Origin: Candidatus Bathyarchaeota archaeon
Lineage (GTDB): Archaea > Thermoproteota > Bathyarchaeia > Bathyarchaeales > Bathycorpusculaceae
Direction: 5' to 3'
Length of the DNA: 64,000 nucleotides
Assembly (NCBI GenBank): GCA_963775895.1
Contig: CAVZKL010000022.1
Location: 1 to 64,000, forward strand
The notes beneath the pieces were generated by a model. That model made no database searches and had not been told where the DNA came from. It saw only the letters and a program-made list of their open reading frames with translations. A program made the translations under genes and the position numbers. Positions 61,629-64,000 of this stretch are shown in pieces; positions within the stretch are counted from its first letter, which is position 1, and the number at the start of each line of letters is the position of its first letter.

Positions 61629-62517
61629 TTATTTTCGTTTTCTGAAGAGCTTCACTCCATCAACATCAGTGACATAGTCAAAGCCCTGCTCGATGAGCTT
61701 CGCTGCTTCATCAACAGTTTTTGCAGTTGCAGAATAGTACTCTTCTTTGTCGTTGAACTTCACCAAATGCGTGTAGATCAGAGTATTGTTGATGTTCCTG
61801 TGTCCCAGTTTCTCTTTAACGAGCAAAATGTCCTTAGTTCTGTAGTATAGCATCGTTGCATAATAGTGTCTCAAATCATAGAGCCGAATCTTCTTGAGTT
61901 CAGAATCGTTAAGCTTCTTCGCTATGGATGCTTTCAGTCTCTCATAAGTATTGCTGATAACCCCTCCTGAAGGGAATATTCTGTCGTTTACCCCGAATTT
62001 CCTCTTCTTGACGTAATTCGTGAGCAAAGCGTGCGTTTCTTCTTTGAGTTTCAACATCCTCGGATTGCCATGCTTTGCTGACACAATTGAGATTACTCCT
62101 TTATCCAAATCTATGTCGTTAAGCGTCAAGCTGCCTAACTCAACAGGCCTAAGACCGCACTCCATTGCAAGTCTGTAAACGATGACATATTTCTGCGATG
62201 CATGACCAATTATCAGATTGATCTTCTCTTCTGTCGGCACCCTCGGAATCTTGTTGACCTTCACATACCTCGGTTTAAGAAAAGAGATCCCATAGAACTT
62301 GCAGTATTGATCGTAGAAATCACAAAGATTCGCTTTGTAGCTGTCGCGCCATTTTCCTCTTGCAACGTATTCCAGAACAGAGCTCGTATTGTTGAATTCT
62401 GTCTTCGATGCAATCAGATTCAGAGCCCTAATCAACGTTGCCAAATAAGCTTCAGAATAGCCTCTGTTTCTAAGCTCAAAAGCTAACTTTAGAATCTTGC
62501 CTCGAAAATCTGAGAGT
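61629..62517 (-). CDS. Tyrosine recombinase/integrase; N-terminus unresolved
   Basis: CGLRPVEL (R), SAKHG (K), LYDLRHYYAT (x-x-x-R with Y at the His position), LGHRNINNTLIY (H, Y). The frame stays open upstream of the TTG at 62444 as RLSDFRGKILKLAFELRNRGYSEAY. Confidence 0.9.
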
Positions 62518-62868
62518 CTACGAGTATTCTCTGAACGTGTAGTTGCACTTGGTGCAGCGCAAGAACTGAGTTGAGGATTCGTCCGCTCCCCTGGTCTGCA
62601 CCTGCCAGACGTAGGCCAAGTTGTTTCCGCATTTCGGGCATTCGATCCTTACGGTTGGCAACGTTCTGAGTTTCTGTTCTTCTTTACCTATCACTGCCAC
62701 GAGCTGCTCGGGTTTGTGCTGGATCACTTTCGCAACCTTGGGTTCCGCTTTGCCGCTGGATGCGTGCTTCTTGTAGCCGCATTTGGGACAAGCAAGCATC
62801 AACGTCTCTCCCTTCCCTTTCCCTTTTTTCGGGGCCAGCCTAGAACCGCACTTCGGGCAGAAATCCAT
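62518..62868 (-). CDS. tfs: Transcription factor S (TFS/RpoM)
   Basis: FCPKCG...CPKCG and CPKCG...QTRGADE...RCTKCNYTFREY. Confidence 0.95.
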   Translation of the reverse strand: MDFCPKCGSRLAPKKGKGKGETLMLACPKCGYKKHASSGKAEPKVAKVIQHKPEQLVAVIGKEEQKLRTLPTVRIECPKCGNNLAYVWQVQTRGADESSTQFLRCTKCNYTFREYS

Positions 62869-62947
62869 AAAACGATTCACCAGTGCCGTTTCATTAGCCT
62901 TAGCATTGTCCCTCTTAAATCTTTTCTCACAGAGATCAATAGTGAAA

Positions 62948-63535
62948 CTACACGTCAGCCAGACCTGAAGCGACAAGGTGAGCAACCCGCAGAGCCTCAG
63001 GGACGCTACTACGAGTCGACGTCAACTTCACGATTTTCCGCGCATCTTCTTCCAATAACCCGCAGATCTCAATGTACACTCTTTCACGAGTGCTCCTTGT
63101 ACTCACTTCGAAAATCGGACCGGCGTTCAAAAGAGCCTTCCACCTCTTCTGAGGCTGGGGCAAGTTTTTCAATGCCTTTTTGATGTCCTCAAGATCAGGT
63201 CTATCGCGGGTCACCGCGATAACGGGAAGTTCGGTCTCAGCGTTGAGTCGTTTGAGGTCGACAACATTGAACCCTGCCAGTGTCACACCGTCCAACATTA
63301 TGACTCTCAACTGACGATGATGAGCTGAACTTGTCACCATAGAAGCGACCTTGTCAGTAGCGTCGAACCCGTCTATCTTCACCTTCGTGCTCATCACACC
63401 ATCAAGCCAGTATCCACCGCGAAATACGACACCGACAACCGGGGCAAAGCCCCTCGAATGAGGAATAAACACACCATCGTCGACGCCTAAAACGCGAATT
63501 TCGGGCTTGATCGTACGGAATTTCTCCAAGGACAA
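62948..63535 (-). CDS. DUF99 (endonuclease V-like) protein
   Basis: RVLGVDD, DGFDAT, LAGFNVVD and VPEALRVAHLVA. Confidence 0.9.
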   Translation of the reverse strand: MSLEKFRTIKPEIRVLGVDDGVFIPHSRGFAPVVGVVFRGGYWLDGVMSTKVKIDGFDATDKVASMVTSSAHHRQLRVIMLDGVTLAGFNVVDLKRLNAETELPVIAVTRDRPDLEDIKKALKNLPQPQKRWKALLNAGPIFEVSTRSTRERVYIEICGLLEEDARKIVKLTSTRSSVPEALRVAHLVASGLADV

Positions 63536-63683
63536 AATTCATTCCTCGAACAGTAAAAATATCATATAAAGAGACGTTATAAGGATAATCGAGACACTGA
63601 TCGTGAAGTCTCAGTTTGGACGAGTCTGGAATAACAATGTTTTTTCCCTGAAACGTAATGGTCCTGTGGAAGGTTTGGCTGCA

Positions 63684-63701
63684 CTTTGACCGTGGTCAAA
63701 G
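63684..63701 (-). terminator. Perfect hairpin just downstream of rpoL
   Basis: CTTTGACC-GT-GGTCAAAG; the terminator role is a guess. Confidence 0.35.
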
Positions 63702-63707
63702 CGAGAA

Positions 63708-63992
63708 TTACTTTTCCTTGAGAGCTCTGTTCAGCTCCTTGCCGAATTCTTTGTTCATTTCACGCGTCTTCTCTATCGCATTCTTGAGTACTTGTTCAGG
63801 TTTCACTTTGCCCTTCGTGCGGATGTAGATAATGGAGTTTGAGGCTAAGGGATGTGGAATGTCATATCCGGCGAAGTCCACGTTTTCTTCTTCCAGCAGG
63901 TTCTTCTGCAGCAGATTGCCGATAGTGTGACCTACTCCTTCAACTTCGATCCTCAGTTCATTTGGACTTTTTTTGAGGACGCTAACTTTCAT
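63708..63992 (-). CDS. rpoL: RNA polymerase subunit Rpo11 (L)
   Basis: EGVGHTIGNLL...AGYDIPHPL. Confidence 0.95.
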   Translation of the reverse strand: MKVSVLKKSPNELRIEVEGVGHTIGNLLQKNLLEEENVDFAGYDIPHPLASNSIIYIRTKGKVKPEQVLKNAIEKTREMNKEFGKELNRALKEK

Positions 63993-64000
63993 TCTCTTCG

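Larger units (their letters stand above)
53820..62517. mobile_element. Accessory island associated with a tyrosine recombinase; boundaries approximate
   Basis: Integrase at the right end against TFS, visibly AT-richer interior, orphan mini-ORFs and no housekeeping genes. No long att repeat was found. Confidence 0.6.

Overview
This is an archaeal chromosomal segment. TiaS, Tsr3, TFS, Rpo11, archaeal-type AlaRS/LeuRS and a tRNA with BHB introns show this; the dockerin-bearing NosD protein and PEF-CTERM proteins suggest Bathyarchaeia (inference). The assembly looks error-prone, with single-base frameshifts even in hisS and leuS. Layout: (1) 1-9095 is a large inverted repeat folded around a 27-nt spacer inside a P-type ATPase gene, probably a fold-back or strain-mixed assembly artefact. 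(2) 13.3-44.4 kb is mostly housekeeping. It includes a two-intron tRNA-Arg(UCU) and a complete NHEJ operon (LigD-type polymerase, Ku, ligase fused to a C-terminal phosphoesterase, DUF72) between alaS and leuS. (3) 44.5-53.8 kb holds an HTH plus membrane-protein pair and three near-identical promoter-proximal operators (CAGAAT-N8-ATTCTG abutting BRE/TATA). They lie upstream of a structured leader with a small ORF, an ABC exporter/HtrA operon and a secreted protein. (4) 53.8-62.5 kb is an accessory island ending in a tyrosine recombinase that abuts the TFS stop codon. Within it, mini-genes and highly charged micropeptides are separated by short recurrent (CG)n palindromic motifs, a cassette-like layout and the best candidate for an undescribed system.
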